Shown here in pieces: positions 1 to 13,311 of a stretch of 64,000 bases of DNA. Origin of the DNA: Eledone cirrhosa (Eukaryota). The stretch spans positions 54,746,001-54,810,000 of the forward strand of contig OZ024749.1 in assembly GCA_964016885.1 (NCBI GenBank), read 5' to 3'. The position numbers and the translations under genes are program-made. The notes under the pieces are model-generated. The model saw nothing but the letters and a program-made list of their open reading frames with translations. It was not told the DNA's origin and searched no databases. Numbering within the stretch: position 1 is the first letter of the stretch; every line of letters starts with the position of its first letter.

Positions 1-16
1 GTGTGTGGTGTGTGTG

Positions 17-51
<35 letters not shown>

Positions 52-762
52 TAGATCCCTCCAGAGCACTACTGGTTATAACATAATACAACCAGTTGCT
101 TGTTCAAGTCAACGTCGCCAAACCTGTTTGATTGAATATCTTTTGAATACCTCGGCATGATGTAATACAAGCCATCAGAGAAGTCAACGACCGACAAACA
201 ATGTATATATATAATATATATATACACACGCGCGTGTATTTAACAGGTAGTTTCTAAACAATGCCTTTAGTATTTGTAGTCTTTGTTCATTTTGTTATTA
301 TTTACCATAATTCATTCGAAAGAAAAAAAACCGTTTTACATTTAATAACAAACTCTCTCTAGGAACCATTTCTTCTCAATGAAAACATAACTTAGTTGGA
401 GCTAACATACTTAATGTTGTGCCCTCTCTTTCAAAAGCGATTTAATTTATCAAGAATTAAAGAAACATCCTTAATAAACAAATTTCGTTTTCACATACAT
501 TCAAAGAACTGCTGGCTACGAGATAAATTATGCTTTACTGAAGAGGGTTAATAGAACTGAAGTATGAGCAGACTTGACAGTGTTGTTAAGAAAGTTAAAA
601 CTTACCGCTAGCTCACTGCCTCTATTCAATATTTAATCAATTGGGACAGTAGTTGGCTTCCTGAACTTTTCTTGAGAAAGCTTTTAACATCAGTGATTTA
701 TTATTTTCATTACGAGTGACATTTCAATTGATTAAATAGTTCTTGACTCCCGGTATAATGTA

Positions 763-1092
763 CGAAAGACGGATAAAAAGTTTATAGGCTGAATATGGAG
801 TGATGCTAGAGCTGTGAAATCGTGCATGCATTAATTTCAACTCTTATTAACTACATGGTTTCTTTCCATTGACTATGATGAAAAAATTAATCTCATTTGG
901 TCATTTCATGTGAGTATATTGATCACCCTATGAAGTAATGATGCTAAAGCTGTAAAATCTTGTATGCATTGATATCAACTCTTATTAATAACTACATTGT
1001 TTCTTTCCAGAGATTATGTTGAAAAATAAACCTCATTTGGTCATCCCATGAGAGTATCTTGGTCAGCCTATGAACTATTCACCCGACCCTCG
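763..1092. mobile_element. Mariner-type MITE with an internal ~135-bp tandem duplication
   Basis: Imperfect TIRs cgaaagacggataaaaagtttataggctga / tcagcctatgaactattcacccgaccctcg, flanked by TA on both sides. Internal unit 801-934 is repeated at 939-1074. A matching end fragment lies at 30575-30640. Confidence 0.75.
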
Positions 1093-1155
1093 TAAGTTAG
1101 CTTTCTACTTAATTATATTTTTATGTTATTTTGTTTAATATTACTGAAACTGAAA

Positions 1156-1386
1156 GGCTATGGATTGGCAGTATTCGGTAGAGCGCCGTGCAACATGCTT
1201 TGCGGCATATAGTTACGTCTTTTTACGCTCTGAGTTCAAATCCAGCCGAGGTTAGCTTTGCCTTTCATCCTTAGAGAGTTGATAAAATAAAGTACCAGTA
1301 ATGTACTGGGGTTGATTTAATAAACTTGCCCCTTTCTTTCAAATCGGTGGCCTTGTTCCTCAATCAGAAACCATTATTACAGAAAC
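1156..1386 (+). mobile_element. tRNA-derived SINE (main family), followed by a duplicated 3' end to ~1470
   Basis: A-box-like TGGCAGTATTCGG, B-box GAGTTCAAATCC, conserved body gccgaggttagctttgcctttcatcc...gataaaataaagtaccag; many copies in the window. Confidence 0.9.
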
Positions 1387-1491
1387 TTTTAAAATATAGT
1401 ACCAGTAATGTACTGGGTAATTGGTGGCCTTGTTCCTCAATCAGAAACCATTATTACAGAAACTGTTTATTACAGAAACTGTTTATTATTT

Positions 1492-1572
1492 GGGGCAAGT
1501 TTATTAAATCAACCCAAGTACATTACTGGTACTTTATTTTATCGACTCTCTAAGGATGAAAGGCAAAGCTAA
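1492..1572 (-). mobile_element. Inverted partial copy of the adjacent SINE body
   Basis: Reverse complement of 1252-1332, including the copy-specific variant ttagagagt. Confidence 0.85.
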
Positions 1573-1573
1573 A

Positions 1574-1850
1574 GGGCGGTGGATTGGCAGTATCGGTAGA
1601 GGGTCGGACGCCACGCTTTGACGCACAGTTACGGCCCTTGCCATTCTGAGTTCAAATCCTGCCGAGGTTAACTTTGCCTTTCATCTTACGGGGTCGATAA
1701 AATAAAGTACCAGTAATACACTGGGTAATTGTTGGCTTTGTGCCAAAAGTAGAAACAATTATTACAGAAACTGTTAAAATATAGTACCAGTAATACACTG
1801 GGTGATTGCTGGCCTTGTGCCTCAATCAGGAACCATTATTACTGAAACTA
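1574..1850 (+). mobile_element. tRNA-derived SINE (main family) with duplicated 3' end
   Basis: gggcggtggattggcagtatcggtagag...gagttcaaatcctgccgagg...gtaccagtaatacactggg; the 3' segment is repeated at 1784-1850. Confidence 0.9.
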
Positions 1851-2708
1851 TAATTGGCTATCAATCATCTCTACGAGCCACGTTTTTTAAAATTACAGAA
1901 ACGGCAGGTTCGAAACACGATGACACTCTTATGAAATATTTAACAGACGTGTGCAAAACTGTTCACAAATTAAAGGATTTTAATTAGCATTCAAGGTTTG
2001 AATACGTAATTATTTTCCATATGAAAACAGAATCTCTGCTTTTATCATTTCCATAACTAAATATTTTACTTCCCTAAATTTAAGTCATTAACACTTTATG
2101 TCTATTAAAATATTTGATTACATCTTTGACATATTTATTTGTTTATACCATTAGAGAGTTCTACCGTTTAACTAATTAAATCGTTCATTCATTAGATTGG
2201 TTTGTATTTCATTTTTATTAGAAGCTATATTTCTTTTATATAATTATTTATTTATATGCATATATATATTATTTATTTTGTTCATTATTCCGTCTTTCTC
2301 TTTAATTGATTCTGCGTGTATTTATTTATACATGACAGATCCACCCACTTCACTATGGGTGGAGTTAGTCATGCCTCGCATATTCATTTTCAATCTCAAC
2401 TTCAATGAATTATACTTTAATTGCAAAAACTGATGAGGGGTTTTCTTCTTAAAGAGTCACTTGCCGTTTTTACATTTTAGCTTGAAGAATTTCACGGAAC
2501 ATTTTACTTAATTCATGGGAAATTTCTCAATATAGGGATTTCAGTCATAGGCACAAGGCTAGAAAATTAAAGGTTAAAGAAGGGAACAATTAATTGTATC
2601 GCCAGAGAGATTTTACTTAATTCACAATAAATTTCTCAATAGCAATTTCAGACACAGGCGCTTCATCCATTCGAGGTTGAAAAAAGAAGCAGTCTTCGCC
2701 CATATGTT

Positions 2709-2747
<39 letters not shown>

Positions 2748-3120
2748 AGTCAAACATGTTAAAGTTGGCTTCGTTTATTATAATTCTCTGCTATATACAT
2801 TTCAGTGACAGCGATTATTAGCTGTGACCGCATCAGGCAGTACGAATTAATGTAGAAAATACAGGTAAACATGGTGTTGAAATGTGTTACACTCTGTCAA
2901 TTCATCGATATGTCCAGCTCCTGGGTGTGTTGTTAGCCCTCCGAGGAACTGGAATCATATCTGCATACTGTGGTGTCGGTAAACAACCAACACATTCTCT
3001 CTCTCTCTCTCTCTCTCTCATCACACTCCGCTTTTCCCTGCTTGCAAGGGTGGGACGGGTCCTATTCAGCACAGCATCTTTCAATTCGTCACGGTCCTTT
3101 GTCGTCTCCGTGCGCTTCAG

Positions 3121-3174
<54 letters not shown>

Positions 3175-3181
<7 letters not shown>

Positions 3182-3297
3182 GAATAAAACACATGGTTTG
3201 TATATAATGAATAAAACACATGGTTTGTATATAATGAATAAAACACATGGTTTGTATATAATGAATAAAACACATGGTTTGTGTATAATGAATATAC
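3175..3297. repeat. 27-bp minisatellite, ~4.5 copies
   Basis: Unit tataatgaataaaacacatggtttgta. Confidence 0.95.
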
Positions 3298-3419
3298 AAA
3301 CAGGTCGTATATATATATATTGAATAAAAAATGAATGAATACAATGGTCCCATCTCATCAGTCGACCGATGGAGATGCGTTGTTTCGGTGTTTATTTATT
3401 ATGGATACGTAGTAGTGAA

Positions 3420-3470
3420 TCTTGTTACTATGGAGTTTCAGCTGCGCATTCACAGGATCATCAGACAAGA
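3420..3470 (-). ncRNA. Type I hammerhead ribozyme motif (base of stem II mismatched)
   Basis: Minus strand reads UCUUGU-CUGAUGA-uc-CUGUG aaug CGCAG-cu-GAAA-CU ccau AG-UA-ACAAGA: 6-bp stem I, 3-bp stem III, GUA cleavage triplet. Confidence 0.75.
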
Positions 3471-4527
3471 CGTAGCCATAATAAATATATATTAAACTCT
3501 ACCTCAGTATTGAGTAGTCGTTTCTCTCCACCGTCAACTACATACGGCTATATATATATATATATATATGTATATATTTAGAGAACTAATATATATATAT
3601 ATATATATAAAGGTGGGTTTTTGATTGGTATATTCAATCAAGAAGAACGTTTGTGGTTTTGTTTTTGTTCAGTGGTCAGGTGTCGAGTCACTCAGGCGTA
3701 AACATTGAATCACATAGACAGAGATAAATATTATTTCATTGCTACCAGGACTCAACTAATGTTAGATCCATCTCTTTAAAGGTGGTACCATTTGTTAGTT
3801 ATTTTAATGGTGTAGCATAACAAAAGAAATAACAGATTTTGCAGTGATGTCTTCCATATTATTCAATATCCAATCATCGATATCCCTGGTCTTTCTTTCT
3901 ATTTTGTCTCTCGATCCAAGTTGGCAATTGTCGACTTACCGTTTATGTAGTAATTGAACAACAATTTGCATTATCCAAGCCAAGCCTAGCAATACTTTCT
4001 TCTCATAACATTCAAATCGTCTATCAAGACTGAGCAATGAATATTTATGACGCCATATTGCCGACGGTTATCGCAATCATATATTCGAAAACTAACATAG
4101 TCTTCATTATAAATAGATGGTTTCAATAGATATTACATAAAGATAGGAATTTAATTATTTATCAGGCGAGCAAGTTAGGGCTTATGGGATCACCATCTTG
4201 GCGATAAAAATCCAATCAACGTTCATATTTATACTTCCGTGTTTTATGGGGAAAACAATTTGAATATAAAGCAATGTTGTGTGTGTTTTGATGTAGGACT
4301 TTTATCATTCTATAGTTCATATGAATATAGTTATTATATTGCTAGTTTTCGGGTTATACGGAATAAATATTCTGGCTAACTTCTTTATAAGTCTCGTGAA
4401 TTGAGTTCTACTTAGATCAGCTTTCATTTGAATTGCCAAATATATCAATTGCACTTTTTTGTTTGTATTAGATTGTATCTTTTAAAATGTTTTATTTTTG
4501 CATTATGAAAATTGTATTATTTTTTAT

Positions 4528-5446
4528 GGAATATAGATATATAAGTATAAATTATGGGGTATAGATATATAAGTATACATTATGGGGTATAGATATATAT
4601 GTATAAATTATGGGGTATAGATATATAAGTATAAATTATGGGGTATAGATATATAAGTATAAATTATGGGGTATAGATATATATGTATAAATTATGGCTA
4701 TAGATATATAAGTATAAATTATGGGGTATAGATATATATGTATAAATTATGGCTATAGATATATAAGTATAAATTATGGGGTATAGATATATATGTATAA
4801 ATTATGGCTATAGATATATAAGTATAAATTATGGGGTATAGATATATATGTATAAATTATGGGGTATAGATATATATGTATAAATTATGGGGTATAGATA
4901 TATATGTAAAAATTATGGGTATAGATATATAAGTATAAATTATGGGGTATAGATATATATGTATAAATTATGGGGTATAGATATATATGTATAAATTATG
5001 GGGTATAGATATATCTGTATAAATTATGGGGTATAGATATATATGTATAAATTATGGGGTATAGATATATATGTATAAATTATGGGGTATAGATATATAT
5101 GTATAAATTATGGGGTATAGATATATAAGTATAAATTATGGGGTATAGATATATATGTATAAATTATGGGGTATAGATATATAAGCATAAATTATGGGGT
5201 ATAGATATATATGTATAAATTATGGGGTATAGATATATAAGTATAAATTATGGGGTATAGATATATATGTATAAATTATGGGGTATAGATATATAAGCAT
5301 AAATTATGGGGTATAGATATATAAGCATAAATTATGGGGTATAGATATATATGTATAAATTATGGGGTATAGATATATCTGTATAAATTATGGGGTATAG
5401 ATATATAAGCATAAATTATGGGGTATAGATATATATGTATAAATTA
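4528..5446. repeat. 28-bp minisatellite, ~33 copies
   Basis: Unit ggggtatagatatat(a/at)gtataaattat with a few recurring variants (ggcta, agcat, tctgt). Confidence 0.95.
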
Positions 5447-5459
5447 TCGCTGGACAGAT

Positions 5460-5555
5460 TTTATAGGCAAAACCACCGGCAGGAGACTCAGGGGTAGACT
5501 CCTAGCTAGATGGTTGGATAAAATCCATGAGCTTGACTGGTCTCGCTTGGTCAGT
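5460..5555 (+). pseudogene. Degenerate C-terminal fragment of an RTE-clade LINE ORF
   Basis: Translates to GKTTGRRLRGRLLARWLDKIHEL, resembling the G-x-R-x-RGRP-x-x-RW-x-D motif at the end of RTE ORFs. Confidence 0.6.
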
Positions 5556-6649
5556 CTTGTAAGGAATAGTATATGCAAGGACCATATTTTAAGGAAGAAA
5601 TCTTATGGTACTTAACATTAACCCTGTCTAGTCTCGTTGTCCTAGACTTTAATGTTCAATGTTTTTTGAAAGACTCTGTATTATTCTTCTGTAAAGAATA
5701 ATATATGCAACAACCATATCTTTCAGTGTCTGCAAGAAAGGAAATGTCACGTAGATTTTCTGTCGATTGTTTAGCAACATAGAGACAGGGTGACAAGTTG
5801 AATGTGTTCACACCGTACAAACGACACATTAAATCTTCATACAGCAATTGTACATGACAACGTTAGCAATTAAAAGCTATGAAAAATGAATATATTAGAC
5901 AATTTAAACTGACTAAACGAAACGAAAAATCGCAAAATAACTAAAACAAGAAAAAAGAAAAGAAAAATATTTTCATTTCTCTTTGTTTTATGGTTTTCTT
6001 GGTACTTAAACATGATATTTTCATACTGACGACGAAATTACTACAATAAATAACCGGCTCCCTAATAGAGTAATTATTGTACGCAACCACATTTAATATA
6101 TCTCTTTGAAGAGAGACCTTATATTATGCTAGACAGGAGGTTACCAATTTCTAAAGAGTTGCAGGTTGACTGCAATCTGTAGCGGATATCGTTTACAACT
6201 TGCAATAGCGACTAATATTAATAGCTGAAAACTAAGTAATTGTTTTGTTCAGCGCATAAAAGCCATAGTTAATAGGGCTTTATCTATTATTCTAAAACGA
6301 CAGCTAATAATTTCTGTATAATCCATGAATGACAGCTTCCGCTAATCCATTCAGGAAAGATAAAGTAAAATATGAAACTAATAATAAAAACCCAACAAAC
6401 CACACAACCATAACAATAAACACTACAAACACACTAACGGAATAGAATTCCTCTTTAATAACAACATACATCTCTCAATATATGTTGAGACACTAAGTGA
6501 GTTTTAAAACATTATTTTATTAATCGATATACAGAGTTAAGTCGTGTAAACATACACAACCATGTTCGTTCTAGTTCGTTCATGATTAGGTGAAAACCCA
6601 CTTCCACACAAACGTACACACACACGCACACACACACACACACGCACAC

Positions 6650-6691
<42 letters not shown>

Positions 6692-6869
6692 ACATACACA
6701 AATATATATATACACATCTACACAGATATACACTCATACATATTCCTAGATATATACATAGACATATACACACAAATATATATATAGAAACATACATATA
6801 TATATATATATATCATCATGACCACCACCACTACTGTCAGACGTCCGTTTCGTTGACGTTGATGAAATT

Positions 6870-7710
6870 ATCACTACCATCACCATCACCACCATCACCA
6901 CCATCACTACCATCACCACCACCATCACCATCATCACTACCATCACCACCATCACTACCATCACCATCACCACCACCACCACCATCACTACCATCACCAC
7001 CATCATCACTACCACCACCATCACCACCATCACCACCATCATCACCATCATCACTACCATCACCACCACCATCACCACCATCACTACCATCACCACCATC
7101 ATCACTACCATCACCACCACCACCATCACCACCATCACCACCATCACCACCATCACCACCATCACCACCATCACCATCATCACCATCATCACGATCACCA
7201 CGATCATCACCACGATCACCACGATCATCACCACCATCATCACCATCATCACCAGCACTACCATCTCTACCATCTCTACCATCTCTACCATCACCACCAT
7301 CACCACCATCACCACCATTACCACCATCACCACCATCATTCCTCTCACCATCACTACCATCACCATCACTACCATCACCATCACCACCATCACTACCATT
7401 ACCATCACCACCATCATCACCATCACTACCTTCATCACCATCACTACCATCATCACCATCACTACCATCATCACCATCACTACCATCATCACCATCACCA
7501 CCATCATTCCTCTCTCATCACCATCACCACCATCATTCCTCTCTCATCACCATCACCACCATCACCATCGTCAAACTTCCTTTTCGTCAAAACTAACATC
7601 ATTACAATAATCATCATCACCCTCGCTTCGTCGTTGGCGTCGTTGACATAACAAATACCCTCTTCAAAACCATCATCATCATCATCATTACAATCATCAT
7701 CATCGGTATC
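6870..7710. repeat. Compound (CAC/CAT/TAC)n trinucleotide repeat
   Basis: Read directly; explains the Pro/Ser-rich and Met/Val-rich ORFs. Confidence 0.95.
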
Positions 7711-8015
7711 ATCAACAACAGAAACACGATATTTCTGCAAGAGAATGACCTCCCACCACTCATCACCCACCCATACTATATATTTCGAGAGGTTAAATCT
7801 ACAGTATATGTTGAAGTATGTCGTTTGTCATGACAAATACTGTCGCCTACATTGATGTTACCTTCTTTGAAACTACTGCTTTTTCAAGTGGCGGTCACAT
7901 CAAAACTCTTTGATCTTTTGCAGCACGCTTTTCACTTCATGTCCTCAACATAGTTTAATAAATAGCGTTTCTCCAGATTGGTTGAATAACGGACTGACAC
8001 TGATCAGCCCTTTTC

Positions 8016-8111
<96 letters not shown>

Positions 8112-8855
8112 ATAAATACGTGTTTGTATCTCTCTCTCTATATATAATGTATATATGCAAGCATGTATAAATATATGTGTGTGTATATATATATATGCAA
8201 GCATGTATAAATATATGTCTGTGTGTATATATATATATCTATATATATACATATATATGCTGTACGTACCCTCCTCATATAAAGTTCATTCTTTCATCAT
8301 ACATTGAAGATGTTACATTTGTGTTTACTATCAAGAACTATCAAGGGGAAATCCGATATCTTTGTAAAAGCGACATTGCCGTCGGTTAATCTGTTCCACC
8401 ATTTCATCTATAATAACACTCGGATAACTTCACATATTTTCACGAAAAACAGAATCTATGACACAGCCTGGTTGGAATTCTGGTTAGTAGCAAATCGGTT
8501 TCGGATAAAAGACTTTCCTATATATAAATATAAAAGACTTTCCTTCTTGCATGTTCCATTGTCCTCTGCCCCCCCCCCCCAATATCTGGACTGTTTACCT
8601 GCTTTTTCTCTTTCTTCCTCTCTCCTCTCTCCTCACTACCTTTCCTCCTTTTTTCTTTTTCCTTCCTTTTTCTTTTCTTTCCCTCCTGGCCTTTTGATTG
8701 AGAAAAGGCCTTGGGCGCACCGCTGATCGCTTTTAGATGTCCAGTATTAAGCGCCGAAACATCTTGATCTCGGTTTTACAGCTGATGAAGGATTTCTTTG
8801 CTTCGCCCATACTACCATCTTAAATTCATATATATATATGCTTTCATCCTTCTAT

Positions 8856-9005
8856 GTTGTTTACTTGTCTCACTCGCTTTACGCGATTTACTTGTCCCAA
8901 TAGCTTTTTTTAGTTATTGCTCGCACCAACCTGAGGTAAATGATTTTTAATGCGGTGAAATATCAATGATGGTTGGCAAATCACCGACGAAGGACTAATT
9001 TTATC
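8856..9005 (+). repeat. Interspersed repeat, second copy at ~43818-43966
   Basis: tgttgtttacttgtctcactcgctttacgcg...gcaccaac.tgaggta.atgatttttaatgc..tgaaatatc.atgat.gttggcaaatcac is shared by both copies. Confidence 0.85.
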
Positions 9006-9243
9006 ATATATATATATATATGATAAAAATGTGAGATGTGAGAAAAACCACAGACCCTCCATCTCAACTCTACTTTTGAAAAGCAGAAGAACTGCGAAAC
9101 CGGTAAAGCAACTAAATAAATATATATATATTTTTTTTAAATAAGACTCCAGTTGCATTTTCGATTTCATCTTTTTTTCTTTATACTTTCACTCGTGTAG
9201 GACACCTCGGTTATTTTTCATTTTGTAAAAAAAACCTCACTTT

Positions 9244-9291
<48 letters not shown>

Positions 9292-9550
9292 AACTTGAAG
9301 AATTATTACATAAAATATACAGTCTTTCCTCTCCCTAGTCCGTAGATAAATAATCAATTAAACGAGGCTATAAGTTTAAAATGTAACTATGAAGAAATAA
9401 TAGACAAATGATAGACTATTTTCCGCGAGGAACAGCCAGATAAAATTATCTAGTTATTCCTTTTAGCCCAAAGAAATTAACTAGACAAATAATCAATTAA
9501 ACGGAGCTAGTTCTAAAATATAAGTTAGAAGAAAAAATGCATATAAACTT

Positions 9551-9593
<43 letters not shown>

Positions 9594-9598
9594 ATATA

Positions 9599-9790
9599 TA
9601 GGAACGAGTAGGACCCCGACGGCTGAGCTCAAACCGTTTCGGCGGCTAATTCTGGACTAAATTTAGTCCAGAATTAGCCGTTGAAACGGCTTGAGCTCAG
9701 CCGTCGGGGTCCTACTCGTTCCTACTACCCTAAGTATTGAGTATTTTGGTGCGTTATGGTCCATCTGGTTCCTTACCACATTTCCTTCGT

Positions 9791-9792
<2 letters not shown>
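9599..9792 (+). mobile_element. Family A fold-back element: 63-bp-arm palindrome carrying the HHR 3' half, plus a tail, inside (TA)n
   Basis: Palindrome 9599-9724 centred at 9661/9662 with 3 mismatches. Right arm reads GAAA-CGGC uugagcuca GCCG-UC-ggggucc. Tail contains gtattgagta (9734-9743). (TA)n on both sides. Confidence 0.85.
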
Positions 9793-9836
<44 letters not shown>

Positions 9837-10325
9837 ACTACTACCATCACAACACCCCTAACACCATCACCACTACTTCTACTACCTCCAATCTATCACC
9901 ACCACCATTATTACTACCACCACCACTACTACCACCACCATCACAACTACTACTACTATTTCTACCACAACCACCCTCACCACTACTACTACCGCCACCA
10001 ATACTTCCACCAGCCCCACCCTAGTAATACCCCACCACATCACCACGCCAATAACAACAATGCCATCATCCCGATGTTTATCTAAGCAGTGTCAATCTTT
10101 CTACGACCTTTTTTATGACCATCTATCGGTTGGCAGACGACATGACAAATATAAAGTGTTTGTTCCGCGTTTCAGAATTGGAAAAATTCCTTCTTTAAGT
10201 CAAACATCATCAGAGCTTTGTGATTGGTTTACTTCTTCTGTTGACCGCCAAATGACCCTCGCCAATATACTCTACAATGAACTACCGTACTTCTACGGCC
10301 TACATTGTCCCACACACACCACACA

Positions 10326-10392
<67 letters not shown>

Positions 10393-10825
10393 GTCTCTTT
10401 CTTTCAATCTATTTATCAATCTATCTATCTGTGTGTCTGTTTTATTTTTTGTTATATCTTATTTTATTTTTATATTTTGTTATTGCCTCCTCCTTATTGA
10501 GGACGCCTTTTTGTGTAAACTCCCCCCTTTGTACTTGTCCCACTTTTGATGCCCTAGTGGCAAATAAAAGAAATATATCTATCTGTGTGTCTTTATCACA
10601 GGGGTGGCGGAAGCATTTCTGAATTGGAAGGGATTGTCCAAATATGGACAATTTAGTTCTAGAGATTAGTTTATTCTTTGCACAATAAAATGGTCAGAAA
10701 ATTTCGATATGCGATAAATATAACATGTACATAAATTGTAGCACATATGCAAATAGATGTGTGTTTTGGTAGTTTGGGGAGAAAATATTGGAGGGGGCGA
10801 CTGCTCTCCCCCAGTTCCACTGCTA

Positions 10826-10861
<36 letters not shown>

Positions 10862-11091
10862 TTAAAATTATGCTCTGTGCACTTTCCTAAGGGGTTACTA
10901 TATCGAGCTTCTTCGCATTTGGTAAAAATTAACTGAACCAAGTTTCTTTCGCTTTTCCATTTACCTGTGTGTGTGTGTTCTTACATTACATTCAGCTTGC
11001 ACAAAGAGGATAATTTGGCGTATCAACTGACTATTTCTCTCTCCCTATTTATCTATCTATCACATGTATACTCGTGTGTCTGTATATATAA

Positions 11092-11123
<32 letters not shown>

Positions 11124-11789
11124 TTTCCTGTGCATCTCGTTTCTCTCTCTTCTCTCTTCGATTTGCTTATATATTTACATATACATCCGTCTTTTAAAAT
11201 GTGTGTGTGTGTGATGTTGATCTAAAACTATGTAAACAAAGATAAATATATCCTTTCTCTCCCTCCCCGCACACTTTTGCAAATAGCCTTAACGGAAGAT
11301 GAAGTTTTGTTTTTATTTTTATTTCCCCGTCCCCAGCACTCCGCCACCGTCATCACTTCTCCATCACCGCCATCGTCCTCACTTCACCGTCCTCAGTTCT
11401 CTGTTCTCCGTCCCCAGCATCTTAGTGTTGAGCTGGCTTTGTTATCTTTGCAGACAGAATATGTCAATATGGTAATGTAATGTATTGTTAGTTAGCCGAA
11501 TGTATCAGAAAATTAGGAAACGATCAAAGACGAAAAGGATGCGAGTTACCAATATATAAATGGATAATTATGATGAAGGGGAAAAAATGATAATAATAAA
11601 GAAATAAAAATAAGAAATAAAAATAAGAAAAGCTATGAAATATCTGAAGAACTCTCGTATATTTAGTAGCCACAAGAGAAGAGCAACAGTAAGAATTACA
11701 AGACTTGAAATATGGCACGGGGTCATACAATGTTTGGAGGAAAAGGTATAATCGATTGGACCGACGCGCAGTCCTTTGTACGGTACTTA

Positions 11790-12068
11790 GGGATTTGAAC
11801 TCAGACCATAAAGGGCCGTAACTCTTTGCTGCAAAGCATGGCGTCCGACCCTCTACCCATACTGCCAATCCACCGCCCAATGATAATAAAAATAATGGTA
11901 TCTGATTTAAGCACAAGGTCAGCAATATTTGGCAGAGAAGAAAGTCGATTAAATCGACCTCAGTGCGTTACTGGTATTTAATCTTATCGAGCCCTTAAGG
12001 ATAAAAGGCAAAGCTAACCATGACGGGATTTGAACTCAGAACGGAAAAGGACGTAACTCTTTGCTGTA
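11790..12068 (-). mobile_element. Two adjacent partial SINEs (main family)
   Basis: Reverse-complement head at 11790-11878 and body at ~11891-12068. Confidence 0.85.
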
Positions 12069-12454
12069 AATCTTGTATTATTTAGCCTTTGACGTGTCGT
12101 AGCTGCTGCTGCTCAACAGGTTGTTATTGATACTACCACAATAGCCTTTCGGAATCAATTGTTGTGATGGTGGGTGGGGGAAGTCTTCCTAAAATACTGA
12201 TGTTGTTTATTACTTTTCAGATTTACAGATGGAAAAAAATGTAATTTTGTTTTTCAAAAGTCTAAAAGTATACACCCAGATTAGATGAGATCAAAGACGC
12301 CGAATTTTCGGTCGGAGATTCTTCCACAAGTGGGAACAAAAATAATAAAAATAGACATTAACAAAATCCTAACAGAGCAAAATTATAAATAAAACTTTCT
12401 ATAACTTCCAGAGAGGCGAAACATCCATGGTACACAACCTCGGTAGATTAATAA

Positions 12455-12597
12455 TAATTGTTTCTAATTCAGACACAAGGCCAGCAATTTGAAGGGGGAG
12501 GGTGACAGTCGATTATATTGACCCCAGTGCATTACTAGTACTTTATTTATCGACTCCGTAAGGATGAAAGGCAAAGCTAACCGCGGTGGGGTTTGAA
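12455..12597 (-). mobile_element. SINE 3' portion (main family)
   Basis: ccccagtgcattactagtactttatttatcgactccgtaaggatgaaaggcaaagctaacc. Confidence 0.85.
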
Positions 12598-13311
12598 ATA
12601 ATATTGATTACTTTATTAGCCACACGGAGCTCACATTAAGAAAAACATTAAGTCAACACAGAACGGTGCAGTGTGTGGGCGTTTTTTTCTGCTTAAAATA
12701 AAACTTATAACAGAGATTAAGAAAATAAACATTTAAAAAACCTTCAAACTTATCAAACTCCCCAAATATTACTCAGAACGGAAAAGGAAAACACAAACAT
12801 TGTATTACCCACGGCATAGAAAACTAGGCACTGTGAAGTAAAAACACGCAATAAAAATAGGACTACTAAAATATTAATAAAGAAAATTTATAAAAGCAAG
12901 CAGAAAAATAGCTTGTTTATTTCCAAAGAAGAAATTCAGCAGATTTCGTTATACGTATTTCTCTGTGTTTATGTTTGGTGTTGTTTTGTTTTTCTATAAC
13001 TTGAGTCGATAAAATAACATTTTCCAGACTAACTAATGAAGTTTGTGTGAAGTCAGGGGAAAAAAACTATTTGTGTGTGTTGTGTTATTTGTGTCTGAGT
13101 GTTATGTGTGCGTGTTGTGTATGTATTTATGTGCGTGTTTGTGTTATGTGTGTGTGTGTTGTTTGTGTTATGCGTGCGTTGTGTGTGTGTGTGTGGTGAA
13201 TGTGTTTGTGTCATGTGTGTGTTTGTGTTAAGTGTGTGTGTGGTGAATGTGTTGTGCGTGTATTGTGTATAAGACATTAGAATAGCAGGCAAACATTGAT
13301 TTTTAAAATAT

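Noticed and set aside
63-185. Minus-strand HHR-like arrangement (ctgatg-gcttgt...acaagc-aa-long hairpin-GTA)
   Set aside because: Both core segments carry deletions and stem I does not pair; possibly a fossil but not supportable.
2424-2475. ctgatgagggg motif; similar isolated CTGANGA hits at ~538, 8782, 11644, 43947 and 56676
   Set aside because: No properly placed GAAA with stems I and III; a 7-mer of this kind is expected by chance.
3175-5446. 27-bp and 28-bp repeats as possible CRISPR arrays
   Set aside because: Head-to-tail units with no unique spacers, in a eukaryotic context.
6746-7596. Extensin-like Pro/Ser ORF and antisense Met/Val ORF
   Set aside because: Pure trinucleotide repeat with no non-repetitive coding context.
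10156-10215. Decayed HHR-like fold on the minus strand; a similar case at 58680-58737 (+)
   Set aside because: Helices are partly present but the core has two or more substitutions; too degenerate to call.
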